Below, piece by piece: positions 63,710 through 64,000 of a DNA stretch of 64,000 nt (positions are counted from its first letter, which is position 1; each line of letters opens with the position of its first letter). The stretch spans positions 100,008,001 to 100,072,000 of the forward strand of contig CM052816.1 in the NCBI GenBank assembly GCA_028534125.1. Direction: 5' to 3'. The notes beneath the pieces were generated by a model that was not told where the DNA came from, ran no database searches, and worked only from the letters and a program-made list of their open reading frames with translations. Source of the DNA: Lama glama (Eukaryota). The position numbers were made by a program, and so were the translations under genes.

Positions 63710-63890
63710 CGGCGGGTCCGCAGTCTGGGCCACGTGTCGGCTCGCTCTCTGTTCCTGTGAAACCCAGGTCTCTTTCTGTCTCAGGTTTCTCGTCTCGAAA
63801 TGGTGGTGCCTTCACCAGTGGGAGCACAGCACAGTCACACACAGAGCACACTGGCTCTGACACGGGCCCCACAGGACGTTCCAGAGATGT
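63710..63890. mobile_element. MIR fragment
   Basis: 'tctttctgtctcaggtttctcgtctcgaaatgg' resembles the MIR core. Confidence 0.6.
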
Positions 63891-64000
63891 GAGCTGCTCG
63901 CTCCCCGCCAGGCCCAGATTTGCTGTCAGTCCCAGCCAGGTTTTCCACCTTGACACTGAAGGCTCTAAACTTCAGCCGGAACATAGCAACAAGCATCAAT

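Noticed and set aside
1..64000. Assignment of the locus to a named gene
   Set aside because: No coding exon or sequence I can recognise with confidence; requires a synteny/BLAST search.

Overview
This is mammalian non-coding genomic DNA, most likely camelid (alpaca/camel). The inference rests on two tRNA-derived SINEs of the camelid Vic-1 type, cetartiodactyl-type L1 3' ends, and no recognisable Alu/B1/Bov-A elements. I cannot support any host protein-coding exon. The six-frame ORFs are chance GC-rich frames, microsatellite artefacts or decayed L1 ORF1/ORF2 pieces. Roughly half the window is interspersed repeat: nested L1s of several ages, L2, MIR, MER58/MER20/MER5 hAT relics and MaLR LTRs. 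The rest holds three CpG islands (~0.2-1 kb, ~13.1-13.9 kb, ~34.9-35.3 kb) and several repeat-free, motif-dense blocks that resemble developmental enhancers, suggesting a regulatory gene desert or long intron. The most notable signal is a ~32-bp-stem hairpin with an 18-bp perfect core at 37759-37847 that has pri-miRNA-like geometry. Also notable: a chimeric or transduced L1 insertion (50106-50615), an L1 whose 5'UTR is joined directly to mid-ORF2, and a MER58 relic absorbed into a CpG-island promoter. Repeat family names come from recalled consensus motifs, not a database search, and boundaries are approximate. I found no convincing new multi-gene system.
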